From positions 39,174 through 103,173 of the IMG/VR virus record IMGVR_UViG_3300008255_000114: a DNA stretch of 64,000 nt. One strand, 5' to 3'. This DNA is from a virus. The notes under the pieces are model-generated. The model was not told the origin of the DNA. It did not search any database and saw only the letters and a list, made by a program, of their open reading frames with translations. Position numbers and translations under genes: made by a program. The number at the start of each line of letters is the position of its first letter. Position 1 is the first letter of the stretch. Below are positions 28,582 through 37,215 of the stretch, piece after piece.

Positions 28582-29316
28582 ATGGTGGCATTAAAAGATA
28601 CATTCGACAAGATACCTACCATACTCAGACAAGCTGAAAAAGTACTCCGTATAGATGTTGCACAAGGTAGGGAGTTAACCCTTAAATTAGATTTATCACA
28701 CAAGATAATCTACTGCTACCTGTTTGCTCGTTTTAATTACAATACAAGAAAGAAAGTTAAAACAGCAATGAGTATTGAGTATATAGCCTTACAGTGTGGT
28801 ACTAGTGATTCAACAGTTAAACGTAAAATTAAAGACTTTAAAGAATTTGGAATAATAACCTATTCTACAAGTAGGAGTAAGTCAGGGCATAATTCTAGGT
28901 GTTTGTATTCTGAAGTTGTAGATCTTGTTAATGATGATAGGTACAAATTACAATCCGCCCAATTAACTAAGTTTTTCCGCAATGCTGAAAGTAAGCGCGA
29001 CTACCTACTAGACTTGTTTAACAATGAAAAAACTGATCCTAGTTGGTCAAGTTTACAGCTCAAGTATTTCTTACTTAATAAACATTATGAATTGATGACA
29101 GGTTTATACCTTCAAGGTGATAAGACATCTAACATACTTTATGACAAGAAAGTGTTTGGTGTTAAGTTTTCAATGCAAGATGAACTTAAAGACGGTGATT
29201 TTAAAATTCTCTTTGATTTGAGAAATGAGCAAAGAGATAATTTGATAACTGAAAATGATGAGGAACTACAAGCCAATGATAAACAAGTGTACGACAGGGA
29301 ACTTGAAAACTTTTAG
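28582..29316 (+). CDS. winged helix-turn-helix protein, possible replication initiator or origin-binding protein
   Basis: KIIYCYL...SIEYIALQCGTSDSTVKRKIKDFKEFGII; adjacent to DnaA boxes. Confidence 0.6.
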   Translation: MVALKDTFDKIPTILRQAEKVLRIDVAQGRELTLKLDLSHKIIYCYLFARFNYNTRKKVKTAMSIEYIALQCGTSDSTVKRKIKDFKEFGIITYSTSRSKSGHNSRCLYSEVVDLVNDDRYKLQSAQLTKFFRNAESKRDYLLDLFNNEKTDPSWSSLQLKYFLLNKHYELMTGLYLQGDKTSNILYDKKVFGVKFSMQDELKDGDFKILFDLRNEQRDNLITENDEELQANDKQVYDRELENF

Positions 29317-29569
29317 CTTAGATGACAACGGGATTACATTCAGTGTAGAAGATGCCGCTGATATGGCATCTAGTTGGTTTATGAATGCATTACTTGATAA
29401 TGATAAAGAGTTTATGAAAGTGTTTTATGATGGACTATTGCTAGGTTATGACGGTATACCAGACAAGGTAATACAAAGTTTAATTAATAGTATTAATGAT
29501 CATGGCGAAGTAATACACAAACTTAACTTAGAATTTCAGGTTAGAAACAAATTAGAGTATCCCACTTAA
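29276..29569 (+). CDS. hypothetical protein
   Basis: ORF overlapping the end of the HTH gene. Confidence 0.5.
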   Translation: MINKCTTGNLKTFSLDDNGITFSVEDAADMASSWFMNALLDNDKEFMKVFYDGLLLGYDGIPDKVIQSLINSINDHGEVIHKLNLEFQVRNKLEYPT

Positions 29570-29691
29570 AACTAGCTCAAACCATCATAGACCAACTTTG
29601 TACTAACATTAACCCCATTATATCACCTTCGCAATAAACACTCTTAAATCACATCCTATGGCGTTGTATAGTGTTAAATTGTAGATATGAT

Positions 29692-29716
29692 AAAGCCGCC
29701 TCTATTGGGCGGCTTT
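29692..29716. terminator. bidirectional terminator between convergent units
   Basis: AAAGCCGCC-TCTATTG-GGCGGCTTT. Confidence 0.8.
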
Positions 29717-29731
29717 CTTGTTTACTTACGC

Positions 29732-29995
29732 TTACCAATCAAATACTGGTAACCCTTCCACTTGATAAGCATCACAGTCTAATACTAGCCACTTGCAATC
29801 TAAATCTTGAGCTAAACTGATTAGTCTCTTTAAGTTTGGGTATCCATCGCCAAGGTCTTTTGCTGCGTGTTCTACCACCAATCTGACGTTGCAATCGTCA
29901 CTTGAATAGTTCACTAGGTTATTACTATTAATCTCGTTTTCTGTAACATGGCAAGTACTAACAACCAACTCTTTGTTGATTTCTAATTTTAACAT
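29732..29995 (-). CDS. hypothetical protein
   Basis: ORF ending ...WLVLDCD...GLPVFDW. Confidence 0.7.
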   Translation of the reverse strand: MLKLEINKELVVSTCHVTENEINSNNLVNYSSDDCNVRLVVEHAAKDLGDGYPNLKRLISLAQDLDCKWLVLDCDAYQVEGLPVFDW

Positions 29996-30007
29996 AATCC
30001 TACTTCC

Positions 30008-30163
30008 TTATTGACTCACTACAACACATTGAAATTGATTACCCAAGTTATTCTCAATCACCATACTAATGCAATCTTCCATTGAGTAGAATGATTCTGG
30101 GATCTCTTGATATACTTGACCTGATATTGTGTATGTGAAAACTAAAGCGATTAGTGTATTCAT
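30008..30163 (-). CDS. small hypothetical protein (51 aa, not in ORF track)
   Basis: AAGG RBS; own TTGACT-N17-TATATT promoter near 30213-30241. Confidence 0.55.
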   Translation of the reverse strand: MNTLIALVFTYTISGQVYQEIPESFYSMEDCISMVIENNLGNQFQCVVVSQ

Positions 30164-30245
30164 TTGGTGTTAACCTTTTATGTTATGTATTGGCTCTTAA
30201 TATTGAGACCTTAATATAAAGCCTCAAGGTTTAAAAGTCAACGTG

Positions 30246-30419
30246 TTATTTACTTTTATTTAGTGTCAATGTTTGCTTGGGCTTACTTTCAACAAACCAC
30301 TTACCATAAGCTTTGATTGGCTGATTAAAACCTGTGATCCCTGCTTCTTTTGCATCACGTATAAATTTACGTGCAAGTTCGCGTGTTGAAGTTAGTGTGA
30401 TGATGTTAGATGTTTTCAT
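30246..30419 (-). CDS. small basic hypothetical protein (57 aa, not in ORF track)
   Basis: AAGAGG RBS; MKTSNIITLTSTRELARKF... Confidence 0.6.
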   Translation of the reverse strand: MKTSNIITLTSTRELARKFIRDAKEAGITGFNQPIKAYGKWFVESKPKQTLTLNKSK

Positions 30420-30482
30420 TGTGAAGCCTCTTTGATATTGGTTGAAGTATTCTAGTTGTTTAAGTGTATTGCAAGCTTTATT

Positions 30483-30671
30483 TTAAACTCTGTCTAATTT
30501 AATATACTGGACTATATCCAACACACTAGCTGATAACGCTGCAATGATAATCACTATAGCAGACCATTCAGCCATCGCAAAGTTATCTTGCACAATTCCA
30601 ACAATAAAAGGGATCAACATGAACATGATTGTATACAGTGAATAAGTTTTGATTTTAAGTAATGTATTCAT
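30483..30671 (-). CDS. small membrane protein
   Basis: two hydrophobic segments. Confidence 0.55.
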   Translation of the reverse strand: MNTLLKIKTYSLYTIMFMLIPFIVGIVQDNFAMAEWSAIVIIIAALSASVLDIVQYIKLDRV

Positions 30672-30672
30672 G

Positions 30673-30855
30673 TTAAACACCATTAAAGTAATTAAGTAAT
30701 ATTAAGCCCACAGTGACGTATAAAACAAATTTAAATACACTGATAACCTTTGTTGCTTTTAGTCGCTCAAAACGTGTCTGAGGACGTTTAAACGTGGGTT
30801 TAACAGTGTATGAAGTGAAGCTATTTTTGTTTGCGTCAAATTCTGAGTTTTTCAT
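30673..30855 (-). CDS. small membrane-anchored protein
   Basis: AAGG RBS; C-terminal hydrophobic helix. Confidence 0.55.
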   Translation of the reverse strand: MKNSEFDANKNSFTSYTVKPTFKRPQTRFERLKATKVISVFKFVLYVTVGLILLNYFNGV

Positions 30856-30923
30856 GATAAAAGCCTTATTATAATTAACAATCTTAATCAATGGCACTCG
30901 TTAGAATACCATCTATAAAAGTC

Positions 30924-31118
30924 TTAGTTACATTTGAATATTTCTAGACTACCAGCTAACTTCACCCACTTAAGGTTACTATCATTATTGCAAGCTTGCT
31001 TTGCTTCTCCTCTTAATGCTGATTTAAACTCGATAGCATCATTGTATGACTTGCTAACAGTTGGATAAGATACTACAGCAACAAATGTGAGGATTAAAGC
31101 GGTAAGTAATGTTTTCAT
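30924..31118 (-). CDS. small exported protein
   Basis: signal-like N-terminus; own TTGACA-N16-TATATT promoter. Confidence 0.6.
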   Translation of the reverse strand: MKTLLTALILTFVAVVSYPTVSKSYNDAIEFKSALRGEAKQACNNDSNLKWVKLAGSLEIFKCN

Positions 31119-31173
31119 GGTTAAGTCTCTTTAAAGTGGGGCGTTGTGTTTCAATACCTATCAATATATAGTA

Positions 31174-31443
31174 TTATTTTACTGTGTCAACAATTATTTT
31201 CTTTTTACTTTTCTTTATCGGCTTTGGTGGTTCTTCAACTTCGTATACATTAAAGTAATCTTGCACCCAATGCCACATATAACTAGCCGCTGCCCTGCTC
31301 ACTCCTTTGTCTACACCATCAATCAGTACAGTGAAGCTAGAACGTCCAGCAAGGCGGCAAACTTCCACTTGACACTCTATGTCACCTGATACAATTAAAC
31401 CTTTTCCAGCACGTTCTACGGACTTTGTGATGAGTTTTGACAT
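31174..31443 (-). CDS. hypothetical protein
   Basis: AAGG RBS before ATG 31443. Confidence 0.6.
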   Translation of the reverse strand: MSKLITKSVERAGKGLIVSGDIECQVEVCRLAGRSSFTVLIDGVDKGVSRAAASYMWHWVQDYFNVYEVEEPPKPIKKSKKKIIVDTVK

Positions 31444-31532
31444 GATATTATATACCTTGTTTATTATGGTGAGATTAATAACGTTTAACAATAAAGGCTA
31501 TTAGCTAACCTTTATCAGTTAACAGCTATTAT

Positions 31533-31688
31533 TTAGAGCTGAATTGCATCAGCGTCGAATTGTTGCCATTGTTTGCACTGTTGCCCATTCTGACGACGTT
31601 TCGATAAATTACGGTCTTTGTTTAGACGTTCTGTTTTAAGTTCATCGTATTGACGTGAAGGTTTGTTCATTTTCTCAAAGTTTGACAT
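31533..31688 (-). CDS. small hypothetical protein (51 aa, not in ORF track)
   Basis: AGGA RBS; MSNFEKMNKPSRQY... Confidence 0.55.
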   Translation of the reverse strand: MSNFEKMNKPSRQYDELKTERLNKDRNLSKRRQNGQQCKQWQQFDADAIQL

Positions 31689-31725
31689 TTTAATTTGTAT
31701 CCTATAGTTGTGATTAGTAATTTAA

Positions 31726-32007
31726 TTATACGGCTTTAATTGTATTTGAACGTTTGCAATAATACACTGCGACCACATCAGTACTGTTAACAACGAATTG
31801 ATTATAAAACGTTGCTGGTGATGTGTGATGCTCTTTTATTACTTCACTTACTGATAAAGCAGCATTTAACACTTTTAACACTTCCTTAGTATCAGTGCAA
31901 GGTGAGGTTAACTCACCCCAACCAGTGTATAAATCACTAACTTGTTGCTGGCGGTTGTCGATATTTTCTTGCTGTAACTTGTCTAGGATGTCTGATATAA
32001 AGCTCAT
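31726..32007 (-). CDS. hypothetical protein
   Basis: GAGG RBS. Confidence 0.6.
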   Translation of the reverse strand: MSFISDILDKLQQENIDNRQQQVSDLYTGWGELTSPCTDTKEVLKVLNAALSVSEVIKEHHTSPATFYNQFVVNSTDVVAVYYCKRSNTIKAV

Positions 32008-32011
32008 AAGA

Positions 32012-32389
32012 TTATACCTCTAAATCTTTAATGTAATCAGTCAAAGAATCTTTTAACTCTTCTAATGAGTCACAATCTAGTTCCGATATAACTTCTTCCC
32101 CACAAATGTAAGACAACATACCAGCAATTTTTTCGCTGTTTATCTCAGTATTAAACTCACCAAAATTACTAATTTCATAATCCTTGACGATTTCAATTGC
32201 TTCAAAAGCATCATTAAAGTTTTCTTTAATCCACTCAGATGCAGCATGATAACCAATAATAAATTCAGAAGAGTTAAACACATCTTGGTGTAAATCTTCT
32301 AAGTTACCCTCCGTAACAACCTCATCATTGATTGCATCAAGAATCATATGTGCGTGCTGTAATAAAGTTGCAGAATTAAATGTATTCAT
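32012..32389 (-). CDS. highly acidic protein (candidate DNA mimic)
   Basis: 29 D/E versus 5 K in 125 aa; own promoter. Confidence 0.65.
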   Translation of the reverse strand: MNTFNSATLLQHAHMILDAINDEVVTEGNLEDLHQDVFNSSEFIIGYHAASEWIKENFNDAFEAIEIVKDYEISNFGEFNTEINSEKIAGMLSYICGEEVISELDCDSLEELKDSLTDYIKDLEV

Positions 32390-32486
32390 TTGGTATCACC
32401 TTTAAGTGTGGGTTTAATGTTAAGCATTGGCGCTTATTCATAAGCCTTAAGTTTAAAGGCTTATTGGTAAATGTCAACTAAATATT

Positions 32487-32873
32487 TTAATCTTCGTCAC
32501 TTTCTTCATTTTCCAAATCTTCGATCTCACTTTCTAGGTCTTCGATATTAGATTCTAATGTTTCTATTTCTTCCTGTACATCTTGATACTCTTGGAAGCT
32601 TGATACATCTACACTATCAGCATAATCGTTTAAACCACAACGGTAGAAAGTAGGGTCTTTGTCTTCACATAGGTTAGCGGCAGAACCACAGTAGAATGGT
32701 AAGGCGTCCACCATTTCACTGTATTGTTCATTCAGTAGATCATTATACTGCTCTGTGATTTCGTCTTCAAAGTAAGACATTTTATCATTGTCCATACTTT
32801 GAAGTTTTGTTTCTAATTCAGTTAGATTTTCTTGATTGATTACTAATTCATTTTGCAATTCTAATAAGTTCAT
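32487..32873 (-). CDS. highly acidic coiled-coil protein (candidate DNA mimic)
   Basis: about 39 D/E versus 4 K/R in 128 aa; own TAGACA-N16-TATAAT promoter. Confidence 0.65.
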   Translation of the reverse strand: MNLLELQNELVINQENLTELETKLQSMDNDKMSYFEDEITEQYNDLLNEQYSEMVDALPFYCGSAANLCEDKDPTFYRCGLNDYADSVDVSSFQEYQDVQEEIETLESNIEDLESEIEDLENEESDED

Positions 32874-32955
32874 AATCTAATTCTCTTTAATCTATTTGGC
32901 TAAATTGCCGCTTCAGTGTGTTACATTATACAGATTGTTTTAAAGCTGTCTAGTG

Positions 32956-33348
32956 TTATTTTAAATATATTTCTAAGTTTTTACTTTTTAATATCTTAAT
33001 ACAATTTACCAACTCGTTTGGGTTACGTTCTAAGGTTTTATTTATGAAGTTTATAGCGCTATTGCGATACATTAAACATTGTGTTAATTCTTTTTGTTTT
33101 TCTTCAGGTGTCAAGTTATAGACTATATTCAACACGCTTTGAGTATTGCCACCACAATCGGAGCAATGATTTTCTTGGTTCAATATTTCTCTACTAACAC
33201 AAGAAGTGTCATTTAACAATTCTTGTAATTTTATTAATGATATTTCATCAAAATAATATTCCACGAGCTTTGTTTTATCTGGTATAGCTGCCGCCCATTT
33301 AAAAGAAAATTCTAATCTACCTATTGCATCATGAAGTGATCCTAACAT
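32956..33348 (-). CDS. hypothetical protein
   Basis: AAGGG RBS; CxxC. Confidence 0.6.
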   Translation of the reverse strand: MLGSLHDAIGRLEFSFKWAAAIPDKTKLVEYYFDEISLIKLQELLNDTSCVSREILNQENHCSDCGGNTQSVLNIVYNLTPEEKQKELTQCLMYRNSAINFINKTLERNPNELVNCIKILKSKNLEIYLK

Positions 33349-33451
33349 AATAAACCCTTTTTAAATTGTACCATTATTGGCCCTTAACAAAACTTACTTT
33401 ACATAATAGCCTGATTAATTACAAGCTATTATAAAAATAAATTCTAATTAT

Positions 33452-33592
33452 TCATCCTCGCTGCTTAACATTACTAACATATAAATTGTTTTTAATGGCG
33501 TACTGTTTAGCCTCTAATTTAGCAGCATTTAAATTAGTGCAAGGGAACGTAATTTGGCGCTGATTAGTAAAACTTGCTTGGTAATTATTCAT
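33452..33592 (-). CDS. small hypothetical protein (46 aa, not in ORF track)
   Basis: AAGG RBS; own TTGACA-N16-TATATT promoter. Confidence 0.5.
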   Translation of the reverse strand: MNNYQASFTNQRQITFPCTNLNAAKLEAKQYAIKNNLYVSNVKQRG

Positions 33593-33659
33593 AATGGGTA
33601 AAACCTTATTGTTGTTTCGATTGGTTCAATATACAGGAATGATTTATAATGTCAAACTT

Positions 33660-33887
33660 TTATTTAATATCTTTAATATAAAAATCTTTTTCATCACCTT
33701 GCAAAACACCTTTGTATTCTAAACTAGTGCAAACATTATTTGTAAGGCACCGTATCAGATAATGATCCTCAAATACTCTATGTTTAATTACCCGATAACC
33801 GTCATTTGACCAGTGTACAAGTTTACCCGCTGCAATGGCTTCTTTAATCTGTGATAATAGATCCTTATTATTTATCAGTATGTCCAC
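33660..33887 (-). CDS. hypothetical protein
   Basis: IKEAIAAGKLVHWSNDGYRVIK. Confidence 0.6.
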   Translation of the reverse strand: MDILINNKDLLSQIKEAIAAGKLVHWSNDGYRVIKHRVFEDHYLIRCLTNNVCTSLEYKGVLQGDEKDFYIKDIK

Positions 33888-34032
33888 GTTCTGCTATTGC
33901 CTTGGATAGTTCAATCAACTGTTTAGCGTGATCATATTCTAAACCGTAATGATGAGCGAACCCAAGTACTGATATAAAATTATTTACATAATCAAGATAA
34001 AGTGATTCTAAATTAGCGTGTAAGTTTTTCAT
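33868..34032 (-). CDS. small hypothetical protein (54 aa, not in ORF track)
   Basis: AAGAGG RBS; LYLDYVNNFISV..FAHHYG. Confidence 0.6.
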   Translation of the reverse strand: MKNLHANLESLYLDYVNNFISVLGFAHHYGLEYDHAKQLIELSKAIAERGHTDK

Positions 34033-34055
34033 TATGAAGCCTCTTTATTACTGGA

Positions 34056-34105
34056 TTAATTTAAACCGTGTATCATTATTAACATTGAAACACGGTTTAA
34101 ATTAA
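34056..34105. repeat. perfect 16-bp inverted repeat
   Basis: TTAATTTAAACCGTGT ... ACACGGTTTAAATTAA. Confidence 0.9.
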
Positions 34106-34119
34106 AGTGCAAGGTTTAT

Positions 34120-34599
34120 TTAAAAATACTTTGATAAAAACTTCCCACAATACCAATTGAATGATTTCTCACAATCAATAACATGTTTAACACCTTCAAA
34201 CGTCACATGGTAGGCTTTCTTTCTGAGGTCAAAGCGTTCTTGCAGTCTCTCAATTAAAACCCCGTGATCAGCTTGTGAAGGCGTCCAATCGTTACAAGCT
34301 ACACTCTTTAAGTGTGGTGTTAAGTAATACAGATTAACTTTAATTTTAGAATTAAAAGTAATGCCGCGTTTTCTTAATTCCTTTCTGATCAATCTGTGAC
34401 GTCTTGCAAGGTATAGAAGTTTATCCCTGAAAAACATTACATGACCCGTATTTAAAGTATATTGATCAGGTATTTTATTAATGGTAAACCGTTGCGGGTG
34501 TTTTTCTAATTCGTTTACAATGCGAGGCAATTCCCGCCATTCTGCGGTCAGCCATTCGTTTGTTAAGTCGGACGGGTGAACCGTGTTAATACGTGTCAT
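34120..34599 (-). CDS. denV: pyrimidine dimer DNA glycosylase (endonuclease V)
   Basis: MTRIN, L.AEWRELPRI and YTLNTGHVMFF.DKL.YL..R. Confidence 0.9.
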   Translation of the reverse strand: MTRINTVHPSDLTNEWLTAEWRELPRIVNELEKHPQRFTINKIPDQYTLNTGHVMFFRDKLLYLARRHRLIRKELRKRGITFNSKIKVNLYYLTPHLKSVACNDWTPSQADHGVLIERLQERFDLRKKAYHVTFEGVKHVIDCEKSFNWYCGKFLSKYF

Positions 34600-34815
34600 A
34601 CTGTAAACCTTGTTAAGTGTTGTTTAATTGCGTCCACTATATAGAAGGATAAAACAAAAGTAAACAGGTAAAGTTATTCATATAACGGTGTTGTATTCTT
34701 AATTTAATTATGTATAATGGTTTATATCGAAAGACGAGAACGTCTATAAACTTCAGGTTACCAAAGGATATATCCGAGGGGCTTAATAATACGGGCTGCT
34801 ACTTTAAATTTGGTA

Positions 34816-34834
34816 AATGATAATGATTCTTATT
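34816..34834. promoter_or_regulatory. Fur box in the second non-coding region
   Basis: AATGATAATGATTCTTATT, 1 mismatch to the 19-bp consensus. Confidence 0.6.
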
Positions 34835-35100
34835 CAGTCAAATTAGTGGATTTCTAGAATAATTGACTGAGTATGACTAGGTGTTTTACTTTTCATGTTG
34901 GTCAAAATAAAGATCGTATTTGTTAGTTCGTGTTTAACTTTTCACGATTTCATATCTGTAATTGGTATTTGTCAGTTTTGCTTTTAAGCTTTCAATATAT
35001 GAATTCCGTACCACGTAGTTTATATTAGTCAGTGATACCTCATGTAACGTCCTACACAGAGTTATATTAGATTAGGTAGTAAATGGTATTACAACTAAAG

Positions 35101-35130
35101 AAAAGCCCTGCAGTGTTAACTGAGGGCTTC
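35101..35130 (-). terminator. rho-independent terminator
   Basis: minus strand GAAGCCCTCAG...CTGCAGGGCTTTT. Confidence 0.65.
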
Positions 35131-35150
35131 TATTATTATTTAAATTGTCA

Positions 35151-35465
35151 CTAAGGTATTCTAACAAACTCCCACGTAATACCTCTAGCACCTAACCACT
35201 TACATACTTTAATACTACTTATGCCTTCATAACCTTCAGTAAGTTGAGAATAATAACATGAGTCTAGACTTTCTACTATTTGTAATAAACAATCATCTTC
35301 ATTATAACTACTCCCATTTAAACGGTGAGAGGTACAATTATAAACATCCCAAGTATCACAATAATCGAATCCGTTATCAACTAATTTAATTTTGTGATTA
35401 AATACATAATGGCTATCCATAATACTACACGTTAGTTGGTGGTGATTGTTTCTCAACGTAAACAT
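35151..35465 (-). CDS. hypothetical protein
   Basis: ORF; start possibly ATG 35420. Confidence 0.55.
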   Translation of the reverse strand: MFTLRNNHHQLTCSIMDSHYVFNHKIKLVDNGFDYCDTWDVYNCTSHRLNGSSYNEDDCLLQIVESLDSCYYSQLTEGYEGISSIKVCKWLGARGITWEFVRIP

Positions 35466-35688
35466 CTAAATCTTTATCTCCTACTAGTTTACGTGCCATT
35501 CGTAGTTCTTCTGCATAATCTTCTGCAGCATTTTTAGTTACAAAAGACTGAAAATGTTGTTTTGTATGGTAGCTATCATCGACCCAATTGTAGACACTTT
35601 TCCAACTAACAACCCAAGTTTCAATAGCACCCTCAATTTCTGTTGGTACTTCCTCTGCCTTTTTAATAAAGAAACTAAAAAATTTCAT
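35425..35688 (-). CDS. hypothetical protein
   Basis: AGGAGG RBS. Confidence 0.65.
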   Translation of the reverse strand: MKFFSFFIKKAEEVPTEIEGAIETWVVSWKSVYNWVDDSYHTKQHFQSFVTKNAAEDYAEELRMARKLVGDKDLDVYVEKQSPPTNV

Positions 35689-35758
35689 AAATCCTCCTAA
35701 GTTAAGGGCCTTTAGTTTTCACTAAAGGCAATATTAATTATCAATCTATCAATTGGTA

Positions 35759-36019
35759 CTACGCTACACGAACCACTTGCCAATCTAAGTCGAAGATTTC
35801 AACCTCCTCTAGCTTAACATCACGACCTGTGGCACGTTGGATAGCTTTGTCTACTACTTTCACACGATTATCATTATGTTTTACTAGAGCCTCTGCCACT
35901 TCACCTGACATAAGGATTTGTTGGATAGTACGTTCATCATTATGCTCAGTCATATGGCCTAACTTCTGGAACACCACCTTACTAGCCACCTTTAAGTTAG
36001 GGTTGTTAATAGTCTTCAA
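35759..36019 (-). CDS. hypothetical protein
   Basis: ORF in operon. Confidence 0.55.
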   Translation of the reverse strand: MKTINNPNLKVASKVVFQKLGHMTEHNDERTIQQILMSGEVAEALVKHNDNRVKVVDKAIQRATGRDVKLEEVEIFDLDWQVVRVA

Positions 36020-36839
36020 CTGTATTATAATTTATATAAGTATTCTTAAGTATTAAGCTGACCCTGTTATCTGTCACTTTATCAGAGTCTGCCAACATAC
36101 ATGCTATTTCGTGTTTTCTCTTTTTCCAAGCTAAATGAGCCTCCACGTCTGTACTAAATGAACCTAAGAACTCTTGTTTATGCGTAAAGGGGTTACTTAC
36201 TGAACTTAAGTATTTTCCTGATGATTCCCTATAGTAGGAGCCAATTAAAGTAGTACTCACATCATTACTTTTAGTTATATTAGAGAAGCAATTAACCACA
36301 TTAGTTACATATACGCAGGTATCAGGGCTATATAGTTTATTTCCTTTATACAGTATATCTTTATCTAAGTCATTACCTCTCCAATCTTGAGTTAATACCC
36401 AAGACCTAAATACTGAAAATGTTAACCATTCCTCGCACACGGAACATCCCCTATAAGTTGGATGTTTAACCAAAGATAATTCATCATAACACCTAGTTAA
36501 TAGATTCCACCATAGTAAGTACATCTTTCTTTTATCTGCTGTTGTTAATGTATCTTCTATGACCCACCAATCGTATAAACCCACACCCACGGTCTTTGGG
36601 GTGTTCTGAGATTTTTGAATTGGGTCTACTATATTCCCTCCCCTTAACCTATCAAGGGATGTGGTAGTTTCATACCCAGTTTCCTTAAAAACTACTTTTA
36701 AAATTATACCCTTAATAAACTTTGATACAACTACAACACCATACAGATTTGTGTCATAAGTATCCCCGACAACTATAGCTCTATGTTTCTTCCTACCCAC
36801 ATTCTTCCTCCTCCAAATCATCATCAACCCAACTTTCAC
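36006..36839 (-). CDS. putative HNH-type homing endonuclease
   Basis: WWNLLTRCY, YRGCSVCEEW and LDKDILYKGNKLYSPDTC. Confidence 0.75.
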   Translation of the reverse strand: MKVGLMMIWRRKNVGRKKHRAIVVGDTYDTNLYGVVVVSKFIKGIILKVVFKETGYETTTSLDRLRGGNIVDPIQKSQNTPKTVGVGLYDWWVIEDTLTTADKRKMYLLWWNLLTRCYDELSLVKHPTYRGCSVCEEWLTFSVFRSWVLTQDWRGNDLDKDILYKGNKLYSPDTCVYVTNVVNCFSNITKSNDVSTTLIGSYYRESSGKYLSSVSNPFTHKQEFLGSFSTDVEAHLAWKKRKHEIACMLADSDKVTDNRVSLILKNTYINYNTVEDY

Positions 36840-36993
36840 ATTTACTCAAACATCCATCGCCACTATTACTTTTAATGCTGTGTGCATAACATGTACCGTT
36901 AAAGTAAACGTAACCATAATACATTCCATTATCCAATTCAATATAGATAGAATAACCTTTGTATTTGTCATAACTATATAGTTCTTGCTCCAT
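36793..36993 (-). CDS. hypothetical protein
   Basis: AGGAGG RBS. Confidence 0.6.
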   Translation of the reverse strand: MEQELYSYDKYKGYSIYIELDNGMYYGYVYFNGTCYAHSIKSNSGDGCLSKCESWVDDDLEEEECG

Positions 36994-37007
36994 TTTAAAC
37001 CTCCTAT

Positions 37008-37214
37008 TTAAATACTACCACCAATAAACTTACACCGTACCTTAGCCTGTTTAACTCTGACACCAGCAGGTAAATTCTTCTTTGCTTCCGCAACCAAAGT
37101 CCTTCCAACTTCATGACATTCTGGTACTGAATTAACTTGTTGTGTGAATACTAAGGGACTTGGTGCTTCTTGTCCAGAACTATTTAAAATTATTACTAAG
37201 TATATTAAGTACAT
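37008..37214 (-). CDS. hypothetical protein
   Basis: GAGGA RBS; hydrophobic N-terminus. Confidence 0.6.
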   Translation of the reverse strand: MYLIYLVIILNSSGQEAPSPLVFTQQVNSVPECHEVGRTLVAEAKKNLPAGVRVKQAKVRCKFIGGSI

Positions 37215-37215
37215 G

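Noticed and set aside
26275-35070. Loosely similar CTTAAAT/TTTAAG-type stretches near 26280, 26885, 27925, 29640 and 35045
   Set aside because: I could not define a consistent consensus or spacing by eye; a motif search would be needed.
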